A stretch of DNA of 64,000 bases from Candidatus Latescibacterota bacterium. Its GTDB lineage: Bacteria > Latescibacterota > UBA2968 > UBA8231. Position numbers and translations under genes: made by a program. The stretch's first letter is position 1, and the number at the start of each line of letters is the position of its first letter. This document shows positions 30,997-40,220 of this stretch, in pieces. The notes beneath the pieces were generated by a model. The model saw nothing but the letters and a program-made list of their open reading frames with translations, was not told where the DNA came from and made no database searches. Where the stretch lies: NCBI GenBank assembly GCA_965206595.1, contig OZ242214.1:1728001-1792000 (forward strand), given 5' to 3'.

Positions 30997-31665
30997 TTGC
31001 GTCCGTTCCTGATACTTCAAGACCAGTTCGACATGTCCGGCCCTCTTGCCGAGGTCGGCACTTCGGCGGCGGGATCTTATCAATCTGCTTTTAGGCGGGA
31101 CGCCACAGTGACGGGATTTGCCGGAAATGTTGGCAGCCAGGGGGTCATCTGTCCTGCGTGCGGGTACGACAACATCGCCGGATCCGATGTCTGCGAGGAG
31201 TGCAACCAGAGCCTATCCGAGCAGTACATGGAGGATGTCGAGACCGCAGCCGAGACGAGCATCTTTACACGTCCGCTTCTCGAGTTGAACCCGCGACCTG
31301 CCGAATGCGTAGAACCGCAAACATCCATAGCAGAAGCGATATCGCGTCTCCAAGGCCGCAACATGGGTTGCGTGCTGGTGACCGGAAACGGTGGTGAGCT
31401 CGCCGGTATTTTTACAGAACGGGACGTCCTCTACAAGGTGGTGGGGTTGATTGGCAATCTCGACGCCTTTACGGTCGAGAGTCTGATGACGCCGGGACCG
31501 TCGGCACTCAAGCCATCCGATCCCATCAGCCATGCCCTGCATCTGATGGGGCTTCACGGCTTTCGGCATGTCCCCCTCGTCGACGAAGACGGGATTCCGG
31601 TCGGTTACGTATCATTCAGAGATATTGTTCGTTTCATGGAGGAAATGCTCTCGCCCCCGGAATAG
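30997..31665 (+). CDS. zinc-ribbon + CBS-pair protein
   Basis: CPACGYDN...CEEC then GIFTERDVL, LMTP, FRHVPLVD; start uncertain. Confidence 0.82.
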   Translation: MRPFLILQDQFDMSGPLAEVGTSAAGSYQSAFRRDATVTGFAGNVGSQGVICPACGYDNIAGSDVCEECNQSLSEQYMEDVETAAETSIFTRPLLELNPRPAECVEPQTSIAEAISRLQGRNMGCVLVTGNGGELAGIFTERDVLYKVVGLIGNLDAFTVESLMTPGPSALKPSDPISHALHLMGLHGFRHVPLVDEDGIPVGYVSFRDIVRFMEEMLSPPE

Positions 31666-31708
31666 CGGGCCCCGAAGGGAGTCCGAGAGAGATCCAGGAT
31701 TGAACTCG

Positions 31709-31746
31709 CGAGGTTCGGCTATTAGCCGCTGGGCCTCGTTTTTTTT
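31709..31746 (+). terminator. probable intrinsic terminator
   Basis: Imperfect GC stem cgagg...cctcg followed by T8. Confidence 0.5.
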
Positions 31747-31778
31747 CGCAGACGAAATAAGGTCGGAGTCCCCCAAAA

Positions 31779-32264
31779 ATGCCAAGAATTCGCCGCCTGA
31801 CTGCTGTTTGCGCCCTCATCGTCGCCGGGGTTCTATTTCCGTCACCGGGATCGACCGAACTCCGCTCCGAAGACCTCACAATTGTTCGTTCCGTCACTGA
31901 GCGCGACTGGCTGAACCTGAAGTTGGAGCTTCTCGGACTTCGCCTCAGCTACCCGGCGTACAGAGTAAGCCTATACCTAACCCCCTCCAACGTCATCGCT
32001 TTTGATTTTTTTCTCAGCGCTCCGCTTGCCCAGCACCTCGAAGATTCCGGCCGGGGAGAGACTGAGCGTGTTCTTTCCTACCACGCCGAGGGAATCCTGA
32101 ACCAGGTGATGACGATGCTGCGCGAGGAGTTTCCGGAACTGTGGCCAGGTTTCGACTCACGGCGGGACTTCAGCGGGATCTTCCTGAAACCGGGAGAAGA
32201 GTTCGACGCCCTGCCTCAGGAGGTCGCGTTCTGGCGTAATGACCGCCTCAAATGGCGGGACTGA
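31779..32264 (+). CDS. hypothetical exported protein
   Basis: Signal-like N-terminus, plausible globular composition. Confidence 0.6.
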   Translation: MPRIRRLTAVCALIVAGVLFPSPGSTELRSEDLTIVRSVTERDWLNLKLELLGLRLSYPAYRVSLYLTPSNVIAFDFFLSAPLAQHLEDSGRGETERVLSYHAEGILNQVMTMLREEFPELWPGFDSRRDFSGIFLKPGEEFDALPQEVAFWRNDRLKWRD

Positions 32265-32311
32265 GGCGATTTCAACCCCGAATTTCCGAGGCCGCCCAAG
32301 CGACGGCCGGT

Positions 32312-32590
32312 TTATTCGGGGTCCTGCAGGTCCTGAGCCCCGTACAGCGACTCCCTCAGCGTGATCGTCTTGTCTATCACCGGCAGCTCGGTCGTGATCA
32401 CCCAGCCATCCACCCGCTTTCCGAGGACGGTGATCGTCTTCGGCTCGGCGCGGATCACTTTCTCGCCACCGTACTGAGCGTGTCTTTCCTTGTCAACGCA
32501 AAAGAAAACGTGCGTCCTGATTACTCCCTGTTCTTCGCTTTTCACCACTTTCTCCTGAATATTGCGCCGTCCTTCAGCCAGCGTATCCAT
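32312..32590 (-). CDS. hypothetical protein overlapping the end of hemE
   Basis: Natural composition, overlaps hemE 3' end. Confidence 0.6.
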   Translation of the reverse strand: MDTLAEGRRNIQEKVVKSEEQGVIRTHVFFCVDKERHAQYGGEKVIRAEPKTITVLGKRVDGWVITTELPVIDKTITLRESLYGAQDLQDPE

Positions 32591-33632
32591 GCACGGTATC
32601 GATCATGGCCCGCACCGCATCGATCGGTGTCTCGGGATGAACACCGTGGCCGAGGTTGAAGATATGGGGTGTGCCGCGCGTCTTGTCCAGGAGTTCCCGG
32701 GTGACGGCTACCACCTGCTCTATAGGTGCGAACAATGCCGCCGGGTCGAGATTGCCCTGAAGGGGCATGGAGGGGCCTAACAGATCGCGGGCATGGCGTA
32801 TATCCGTGCGCCAGTCGATGCTGAAGACATTGGCCGCCGTCCGAGGCAATAGCCGCAGCAGGTGGGCGGAGCCGTGGGCAAAATAGATGGTTGGGACCCG
32901 CAACCGCTTCAGCTCCGAAAATATCCGTTCCAGGAAGGGCAGGGCGATGCGTTCGAACTGAGCTTCCGAGAGCTGGCCAATCCAGGTGTCGAATAGCTGA
33001 ACCGCTTCGACTCCTGCGTCGACCTGCATTTTCAGGTAGGAGATTACTACGTCGGTAAGTTTGGTAAGGAGGAGATCCGCAGTATCCGGTTCGGCGTGGA
33101 GCAACCTACGGAAGTGGGTGAACTCGCGCGCACCCGTGCCTTCGGCGAGATAGGTAGCCAGGGTGACCGGGGCACCGGCGAAGCCGATGAGGGGCACGCC
33201 GGGGGGGAGCCCTGCGCGGACCAGCTCAATCTCCCTCCTCACATGAGGCAGATCGTCCTCGGGATCGATGGTGTGCAGGTGACCGACGTCATTCCTGGTG
33301 CGCACGGGGGATTTCAACACCGGACCCGGCTGGAAGGTCAGTTCACACCCCATGGGTTCGATCGGGGTGAAGATGTCGGCAAACAGGATGGCGGCATCGA
33401 CTCCCAACATCTCTACCGGCATCAAGGTCACTTGGGCGGCGAGCTCAGGCGTGTTGAAAAGGGTTGAAAGCGAGCCTGCCTCTTGCTTGAGATCGCGGTA
33501 AGGTTTGAGAATCCTTCCGGCCTGGCGCATAAGCCACACGGGCCGGCGCGCAACCACCTCCCCGGCGCAGACTCTGAGGAATTCGGAACCTTGCTGGTTA
33601 CCGGATGGCGGTGTCTTTTTCAGCGGGCACAC
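32574..33632 (-). CDS. hemE: uroporphyrinogen decarboxylase
   Basis: PVWLMRQAGR, DAAILFADI, PLIGFAGAP, LQGNLDP, HIFNLGHGV. Confidence 0.96.
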   Translation of the reverse strand: MCPLKKTPPSGNQQGSEFLRVCAGEVVARRPVWLMRQAGRILKPYRDLKQEAGSLSTLFNTPELAAQVTLMPVEMLGVDAAILFADIFTPIEPMGCELTFQPGPVLKSPVRTRNDVGHLHTIDPEDDLPHVRREIELVRAGLPPGVPLIGFAGAPVTLATYLAEGTGAREFTHFRRLLHAEPDTADLLLTKLTDVVISYLKMQVDAGVEAVQLFDTWIGQLSEAQFERIALPFLERIFSELKRLRVPTIYFAHGSAHLLRLLPRTAANVFSIDWRTDIRHARDLLGPSMPLQGNLDPAALFAPIEQVVAVTRELLDKTRGTPHIFNLGHGVHPETPIDAVRAMIDTVHGYAG

Positions 33633-33752
33633 ACCCCGAAAAATCCGTGCCGCCTTGCCGTCATCCTGAGCGCCGCCAATGAAGGTTCGGTTTTTCCAGA
33701 CGATAACCTTCTGGAATCCATTCCAGACGAGGTTTTTTGCAGGGGCTGCCGT

Positions 33753-36020
33753 CTACTTCCCGGGCTCGACCATCCATTCCGGTAGGGTGATCCTGAATTT
33801 GCAGATACCCTCGCGGGGTTCCAGCGAAACGGATGCTGCCGAGACGTTGGCTCCGATCACCTGCGGTTGGTCTTCATTCTCATGGAAGGCGAGGATGCGG
33901 AGCCTGGGCATCCTGCGGTCGGGCCACAGGCTTCCGGGTCTGATTTCGATGTCGCCTTCGCATTCGATAGGGTAGACATCGATCTGCCAGGCTTCCGTCT
34001 TGACCACGGCAGCTCCCGCAAGGGAGACCGGGCCTAGGGAAGCGCGCTCGCCGCGCGTGTCGCAGTAGAAATAATCTCCGCAGTCCGCATAGTCGATCCG
34101 TCCGTTTCCAGCGTCGGCAGAATAGACGAAAAGACCGTCCGGGGAATGGGCGAGGAATGAGGCCGGGGGAAGCCTGTACTCCCTGGCTTGGTGCTCGACG
34201 GTCCAATCGTTCGACCAGCTGGCGTTGACGCAGACGCGCAAGCCGTTCCGATAGTGCACCTCGACCTGGCTGTCTTCGTATACGCCCGATACCAAAGCCT
34301 CGGCAACTTCGAGCAGACTCCCGTCACGGTGGTAGAGAATCGACTCGACTTCACTGTTCAGATAGCGGCTCTGCAGTTTCAGCAGCAGGTAGTAGGTTTT
34401 CATCACCGAGGCCAAGCCCCAATCCTCGATTACGGGCAAAACCCCTGCGTGGCCATAGGCAACAGTTGTCGCAATGTATCGATCGAGCCAGGCGCTACGG
34501 CTGGTGCGCTCGGCAACGGGGGGCGAATGCTTTCCGAAGAATCGTTCGGTCGTTCCAACGCCGGCGTTGACATGGGCTCCGTGCAGCAGCTTCAGGTCGA
34601 AATCGAGCAGGAGCGGAATCCGGTGCGGATTCGGTCCGGAAAGGTCGGCCAGGAAACCGGACAGCAAGCCGGCGTACATCCAGTGACTGCCACCCTCACC
34701 GACGATTAGGCGCGATGATTTTCCGGCCATCCCCTGGAGCTCCTCCAGCAGCTTCCGTTCCCGATCGAGAGATTTGGAGAAACTCGCCGAGTCCGGGGTG
34801 TCTGAGTCGTAATCGATTCGACTCGAGGGCGGGGTGGCCGCGTGACCACTGATGAAGGCTCCTGCTTCTTCGAAACGCTGAAACAGCGTCGGCAAATGGT
34901 TTTCTGCCGTATCGTTCACCTTGGAGGGCTTGAGCAGGTAGCGATCCTTTCCTCTGGGGATCGGATTTCCGTCAGAGCCGAGTCCGGCACTGGTTTTGCC
35001 CCAGCCCTCCGCTTTCGAAGAAAATTCCGTATACCCGGAAGCCAGAGTGTACCTGTATCCGAGGTCCTGAACCGCTTCGAGGTATTCGAGCAGGGCGTCG
35101 TCACCTCCCTTGGCCTCGGCGCCGCTCAGCGACATGCCGAGGCCGTCTTCCCAGACGTCGGCCGGATGGTTGACGAGAACCTGTTCGAGGCCCCATTGCT
35201 TGAACGAGAGAAGCTGCTCGTAAACGTCCACGTAGGCTTCTTCGGAAGGGGGCAGAGCCGGAACCTGGTACCAGATCAAGTCGTCGAGTTCCGCGCTCCC
35301 GGAAGGGCGCTGGCCTACCGGTATAGTCGGCAGGACCTCCTCGAACTGGCGGGAGACCGTCAGAATCCAGCGTTCGCGCAGGGCTCGTCTGCGACCGTCG
35401 GAAGCCGGATGGTAGCGGCATCCGCCGCCGAGTCGAATCTCATGTGCCGAATCGTGAGCCGGGGGTGCATACAGTTCCGCGGCGGATGTTTCGGTCCAGT
35501 CCAGCATGCTGGAGACGAAAGCCCCTGAGGTTGCGAGCAGAAGCGGCGATTCGTCGCCAAATGAGAAATAGGGGATTTGAATTACGCGCGGGTGGACTGC
35601 CCCGGAGACGTACCCCAAGTCGAGTCCGCTCGCTTTGCCGTTGCCACCTTCCAACTCGATTACGAGCGACTTCTGGTGGATTCGGATCCGGTACAGAAAA
35701 TCGGCGAGCTCTTCTCCGTGTTTCCAATGCCACCTCGCCTCGATGCAGTCGCCGACAGGTTCACATGAGACGAAATGGCGCTCGACCTCTTCGTCGTCTG
35801 CGGACCAGATCTTCCCCCCCATCTCGATCGTAATGCCGCCTCCCTCTGCGAACTTGATCGCGTCGGAATTGTTGATCTCAACCTCGATGTCGGAGAGGTT
35901 CCCCTCGATCGGGGTGTAGACATAGCGGACGACCGCGGAAAGCGAGCGCGCTTCGAAGATGAAGGAGATGCCTTCCTTCTCGACGGAGTTCGATACTTCT
36001 TCAGTTACTGACGGAAACAT
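33753..36020 (-). CDS. hypothetical 755-aa protein, possible glycoside-hydrolase-like TIM barrel
   Basis: Long ORF with beta-rich ends and central alternating alpha/beta region (GGDDALLEYLEAVQDLGY, RIDYD, VGEGGSHWMYAGL). Confidence 0.65.
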   Translation of the reverse strand: MFPSVTEEVSNSVEKEGISFIFEARSLSAVVRYVYTPIEGNLSDIEVEINNSDAIKFAEGGGITIEMGGKIWSADDEEVERHFVSCEPVGDCIEARWHWKHGEELADFLYRIRIHQKSLVIELEGGNGKASGLDLGYVSGAVHPRVIQIPYFSFGDESPLLLATSGAFVSSMLDWTETSAAELYAPPAHDSAHEIRLGGGCRYHPASDGRRRALRERWILTVSRQFEEVLPTIPVGQRPSGSAELDDLIWYQVPALPPSEEAYVDVYEQLLSFKQWGLEQVLVNHPADVWEDGLGMSLSGAEAKGGDDALLEYLEAVQDLGYRYTLASGYTEFSSKAEGWGKTSAGLGSDGNPIPRGKDRYLLKPSKVNDTAENHLPTLFQRFEEAGAFISGHAATPPSSRIDYDSDTPDSASFSKSLDRERKLLEELQGMAGKSSRLIVGEGGSHWMYAGLLSGFLADLSGPNPHRIPLLLDFDLKLLHGAHVNAGVGTTERFFGKHSPPVAERTSRSAWLDRYIATTVAYGHAGVLPVIEDWGLASVMKTYYLLLKLQSRYLNSEVESILYHRDGSLLEVAEALVSGVYEDSQVEVHYRNGLRVCVNASWSNDWTVEHQAREYRLPPASFLAHSPDGLFVYSADAGNGRIDYADCGDYFYCDTRGERASLGPVSLAGAAVVKTEAWQIDVYPIECEGDIEIRPGSLWPDRRMPRLRILAFHENEDQPQVIGANVSAASVSLEPREGICKFRITLPEWMVEPGK

Positions 36021-36066
36021 TATACCGTTGGGTATGCGCAGAATTATACCGTTGGGTATGCGCAGA
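36019..36066. repeat. exact 24-bp tandem duplication
   Basis: attataccgttgggtatgcgcaga x2. Confidence 0.95.
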
Positions 36067-36469
36067 ATTCGTGGAGCAGCCCTTCGTCCCGGATTCCCTT
36101 GCCGCCAGTGATGAGGGACGCTTGCCGGGGTCCGGAGATGCAGCGCTGGACGCGTGTGTGCTCGAAATCATCTCGTGGCCGGGCTGCCCTCTCCTCGCCT
36201 GTCGGCGACAGCGGGACTGCGGAATGTTGATGCGACACGTAAATTGGAAAAATTCCAATGATAAGCCAGTGAAAGGGTCCGTGCAAGAAAACCGGGCTGA
36301 GGGAATCTCCCATCCCTGAAAGGAACCCTGTTTGGGCGGAGAATCGACGGGATCTCAGCTCCAACCGTCGGAAACGTTCTCACCGGTAAGGGGTGGGTGT
36401 TTGTCCCTATGGACTGACCGGCGAGGGCTGTTTGATTCAACCGGACTAGAGGGACGGTAAGCGGTGGAG

Positions 36470-36510
36470 TTGACACCGGCATATCCGCCCGATAGACTCC
36501 ATTAGTCTAT
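36470..36510 (+). promoter_or_regulatory. sigma70 promoter with overlapping palindromic operator
   Basis: TTGACA-17 bp-TAGACT; ATAGACT-ccatt-AGTCTAT at 36492-36510. Confidence 0.7.
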
Positions 36511-36519
36511 TTTCCACAA

Positions 36520-36575
36520 CAAGTTAGGGTTCGACAGTGTTGGTTACCAAGTTAGGGTTCGACAGTGTTGGTTAC
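36520..36575. repeat. exact 28-bp tandem duplication spanning translation start
   Basis: caagttagggttcgacagtgttggttac x2. Confidence 0.95.
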
Positions 36576-37233
36576 CGCGATCGTTTTGGCAGCCGGTCAG
36601 TCGCGGCGCATGGGGCGGTTCAAGCAGCTTCTCCCCCTGGAGGGGTTCACGGTTATCGAGACGGTGATCGAACGCCTCGGAGCCGTGGCAAGGCGGAACT
36701 TCGAGCTGGCCACCGTGGTAGTTCTCGGCCATCGGGCAAAAGAGGTCGCGCCGCTGATGGAGGGCAAAAATCTCGTTTGCGTGGTGAACGAGCGCTATCG
36801 GGAAGGGATGGCGACCTCGGTACAGGCGGGGGTTCGGGCAGCGGAGCCGGAATCCGCCGGATACCTGATCTGCCTCGGCGACCAACCCGATCTCAACACT
36901 GGCGTCGTCGAGAAGATCATCCACCGCTCGCAGTCTACCTCGGGGGGAATTGTTGTGCCGACGCATGTAGGAAAGAGAGGGCATCCGGTTTACATCTGCC
37001 GCGGCTACCGGGACGAGATTCTCGCTTTGACGGCGGACCAGGGGCTAAATACCCTCACCAGAAAACACGCCGAGGACACCGTCGAGGTCGAGGTGGATGC
37101 AGCGGAGGTGCTGGAAGACCTGGACACGCCCTCGGACTACGCACGCCTCGGTACCCGTTTCGCAATCGCGGACAGAGAGGGTCCGGTGCCGGTGGTCGGC
37201 CTGTCAGGCTCGCGTCGAGCTGAATCCCGCTGA
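36565..37233 (+). CDS. mocA: molybdenum cofactor cytidylyltransferase-like nucleotidyltransferase
   Basis: IVLAAGQSRRMG...KQLL, GMATSV, LGDQP, RGHPV, DLDTP. Confidence 0.85.
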   Translation: MLVTAIVLAAGQSRRMGRFKQLLPLEGFTVIETVIERLGAVARRNFELATVVVLGHRAKEVAPLMEGKNLVCVVNERYREGMATSVQAGVRAAEPESAGYLICLGDQPDLNTGVVEKIIHRSQSTSGGIVVPTHVGKRGHPVYICRGYRDEILALTADQGLNTLTRKHAEDTVEVEVDAAEVLEDLDTPSDYARLGTRFAIADREGPVPVVGLSGSRRAESR

Positions 37234-37238
37234 AAGCA

Positions 37239-38375
37239 ATGGAAGACATTCTGGAAGAGGTTGTGGCGATGCGGCGCCAGGGCCGGCGTGGAGCGCTGGC
37301 CTCCTTGGTGGAGAGCAGCGGTTCGATCCCGATGAGCGAGCGCGCCAAGATGCTGGTCCGCGATGACGGCAGCGTCGCCGGGACCATAGGAGGGGGCTGT
37401 CTCGAAGCGGAGATTCTCAACGTCGGCAGGGAGGTGCTGTCCAGCGGATGCGCCCATACGACGCGTTACACAATGACCGAGAAGCAGGCAGGGGAGAGTG
37501 GGCTCAACTGTGGGGGTACGGTGCGCATCTACACCGAACCGCTCGAGCCGGATATCGAACCGGATCTTTTTGCCGCAGTGGTCGACGCAAAATCCCGGCG
37601 CCGCGAGTGCGTGATGGCGACCGTGCTCGCTTCGCAGAAGCTGCCCGATCGCGAGTCGAACAAACTGCTCCTGTTTCCCGAGGGAGACCGTCTCGGGCGT
37701 CTCGGCGCAGCCGTCCTCAACGAGCGTGTCGAGCAATGGGCGGGGGAAGTGCTCCAGCGCGAAAAACCGCGGGTCTTCAACCTGCGGGAGGAGACTCTCG
37801 ACCTCGACCTCCCCAGCCGCGAGGCACTCGGGGTGGCACGGTTTGACCGGGTCGAAGTGTATCTCGAACCCTTCATGCCACCCCCGGTTCTCTACATTTT
37901 CGGCGGTGGTCACGTCGGCGCGCAGATCTGCAGCCTGGCAAAAAACTCCGGGTTTTTCGCCGTCGTCATCGATGACCGGCAGATGTTTGCAAATTCCGAA
38001 CGCCACCCCCGGGCAGACGAGTGCGTGGCCGCGGAAATCGAGGAGGTCTTCGGGCAGCTTCCGTTCGACGATCAGACCTACGTCGTGGCCGCCACTCGCG
38101 GGCACCAGCACGATGAGACCGTTGTCGAGCTGGCAATTAGAACGCCTGCCCGCTACATCGGAATGCTGGGGAGTGAGCGCAAGAAGCTGATCCTCTGGGA
38201 CCGTATCGAGGGGCGGGGCGGCGACCGCAGCCGTCTCGAGCAGGTGTATGCACCGATCGGATTCAACATCGGCGCCGACACTCCGGAGGAGATCGGGATC
38301 AGTGTAGTGGCCGAGCTGATCGAGGTCCGCAGAGGCAGAGTCAAGGAGTGGAAGACCAAGAGAGCGGGGGCATGA
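37239..38375 (+). CDS. xdhC: XdhC/CoxI molybdo-hydroxylase maturation factor
   Basis: GTIGGGCLE, GLNCGG, IFGGGHVG, TRGHQHD, YIGMLGS, APIG...ADTPEEI. Confidence 0.92.
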   Translation: MEDILEEVVAMRRQGRRGALASLVESSGSIPMSERAKMLVRDDGSVAGTIGGGCLEAEILNVGREVLSSGCAHTTRYTMTEKQAGESGLNCGGTVRIYTEPLEPDIEPDLFAAVVDAKSRRRECVMATVLASQKLPDRESNKLLLFPEGDRLGRLGAAVLNERVEQWAGEVLQREKPRVFNLREETLDLDLPSREALGVARFDRVEVYLEPFMPPPVLYIFGGGHVGAQICSLAKNSGFFAVVIDDRQMFANSERHPRADECVAAEIEEVFGQLPFDDQTYVVAATRGHQHDETVVELAIRTPARYIGMLGSERKKLILWDRIEGRGGDRSRLEQVYAPIGFNIGADTPEEIGISVVAELIEVRRGRVKEWKTKRAGA

Positions 38376-39403
38376 CGGCAGACGGCCCTCTTCGTTACGG
38401 GGTGGCGGCCTGCCAGGTCGACCAACCGAACCCCGAGACGCGCCGCGAGATATCCCGCAATACGGACCGCATGATCGAAATGATCGACATGGCGGTCACG
38501 GGATACCGGCCCTTTAGCGACGTAAGGCTGGTCGCTTTTCCCGAGTTCGGCCACGCTGCTCCAATCTATCCGACCGCGAAAAGCCTGCTGGCGAAACTGA
38601 CCCTCCCGATTCCAAACGAGCACACCGAGCGTTATGTCGAGAAGGCCCGAGAGCTCGGCATCTACATTCAGACCGGAAGTTTCCTGGAAGAAGATCCGAA
38701 GTGGCCTGGCAAGGTATTCAATGCGACCTGCCTGGTTGGTCCCGACGGCCTTCTGTCGAAGTACCGCAAGGTCAATCCCTGGATTCCCTGGGAGGTACAC
38801 GCCAGCCCGCACGATCTGGACGGGTACGACGAAGAGCTGTTCCCGGTAGCAGCGACCCCGATCGGCCGAATAGGGGCTGCGATCTGTTACGACTGGATTT
38901 TCCCGGAACCGTTGCGGCAGTTGACCGCCAACGGGGCCGAAATACTGGTCCGGGTTTCCGCCTACATGGACCCATGGGGAGCCACTTCCCCGATGGACTG
39001 GTGGACGGTGGTAAACCGCTGTCGCGCACTTGAGAACACCGCCTACGTCGTCGGCGCAAACCAGGGTGCTTCGCTCCGCCATTTCCCTCCGTTCTCCTGG
39101 CCGGGAGGGAGCATGGTAGTCGACTACGAGGGCCGGATTCTTGCCCAGGCGGACCCGGGACAGGGAGAGAAAATCGTGGTGACGACGATCGACATCGGAG
39201 CGCTGCGACAGGAGCGCGGCCGGCGCTCCGGGCACCTGGGACTGGCTCATCTGCGCAGCGAGGCGTATCAGATGTACAGGCGGTCCTTTTTTCCCCGCGG
39301 ACGTCTCACCGATGCAGGCAATAACACTTTCGAGATGAACGAAAATCTGATTGCCGAGGCCAGGTGCTCGGCCGCTGGCGAGCCTGCCGAAGCGGAGGAA
39401 TGA
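38372..39403 (+). CDS. nitrilase/carbon-nitrogen hydrolase
   Basis: E-K-C triad: FPE, YRK, ICYD; ATGA coupling to xdhC. Confidence 0.9.
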   Translation: MTADGPLRYGVAACQVDQPNPETRREISRNTDRMIEMIDMAVTGYRPFSDVRLVAFPEFGHAAPIYPTAKSLLAKLTLPIPNEHTERYVEKARELGIYIQTGSFLEEDPKWPGKVFNATCLVGPDGLLSKYRKVNPWIPWEVHASPHDLDGYDEELFPVAATPIGRIGAAICYDWIFPEPLRQLTANGAEILVRVSAYMDPWGATSPMDWWTVVNRCRALENTAYVVGANQGASLRHFPPFSWPGGSMVVDYEGRILAQADPGQGEKIVVTTIDIGALRQERGRRSGHLGLAHLRSEAYQMYRRSFFPRGRLTDAGNNTFEMNENLIAEARCSAAGEPAEAEE

Positions 39404-39826
39404 CCCAGTTCTCCCGGACCGTCTGCATGCTGGCGGGAAACCGATTAAACGGTCTTCCCGGCTGCGTTGTCCAAGGCCGTGAGCGAGACAGGAGTGCCGC
39501 AGCCGCCAGGAGGCAGGCGCAGAGGCGTCATGATTGGAGATTCAGCAGCTATTTCCAAGCGATTTTCCACAGCAAGCGAGATCCCCTCCGATGCCGAGCT
39601 GGTGAACCTGTTCCGGCAAGGGCGGGAATCTTCATTCGACGCCATAGTTCGGCGCCACCAGGACCGGATCTTTGGCTTTCTGGTGCATATAGTCAGGGAT
39701 TCGGACGAGGCCGCGGATCTCGCACAGGAGACCTTTGTGAAAGCCTACAAATCCCTGCACAGGTTTCGCGGCCATTCCTCACTATATACCTGGCTCTACA
39801 GAATCGCCTTGAATACTTACCTCAAT

Positions 39827-39922
39827 AATTTGCGGAAGACCAAGTTGAGAAATCTGTTACACCTCGATTTCGAGAATTTGCGGAAGACCAAGTTGAGAAA
39901 TCTGTTACACCTCGATTTCGAG
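39827..39922. repeat. exact 48-bp tandem duplication
   Basis: aatttgcggaagaccaagttgagaaatctgttacacctcgatttcgag x2 (NLRKTKLRNLLHLDFE x2). Confidence 0.96.
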
Positions 39923-40037
39923 GCGGTTACCCGAATTGAAAAACACGCTCTCCATGGTTGCGACCCTGAAGAGGAACTGGTGATGAAGCAGCAGATCGCT
40001 GTAATCGAGGGGGCGATCCGGGATCTGCCGCCCCGGC

Positions 40038-40059
40038 AGCGAAGTATTAGCGAAGTATT
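40038..40059. repeat. exact 11-bp tandem duplication
   Basis: agcgaagtatt x2. Confidence 0.93.
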
Positions 40060-40220
40060 TTTGTAATGCGGCATTACGACGACCTGTCCCACGGCGAGAT
40101 CGCCGAAGTGGTGGGGACATCGGAGGGGGCGGTGCGGGCTGGGTATTTTCACGCCGTCCGCAAATTGCGCGCTGTCCTGGTCGAGAGCGCCGCTTCGGAA
40201 TCGTTTACGGAGGAGGGGTA

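Noticed and set aside
33660-33690. GTCATCCTGAGC start resembling REP-like palindromic elements (also gtcatcccg near 48390)
   Set aside because: No complementary arm found
36300-36465. Structured-looking leader upstream of mocA-xdhC as a Moco riboswitch
   Set aside because: Consensus elements not recognisable, and it lies upstream of the clear promoter at 36470
36510-36518. DnaA-box-like TTTTCCACA (also near 20895 and 39563)
   Set aside because: Isolated single boxes, no cluster or AT-rich unwinding element
36019-39922. Direct repeats of 24-48 bp as a possible CRISPR array
   Set aside because: Only two abutting copies each, no spacers, units unrelated, no cas genes
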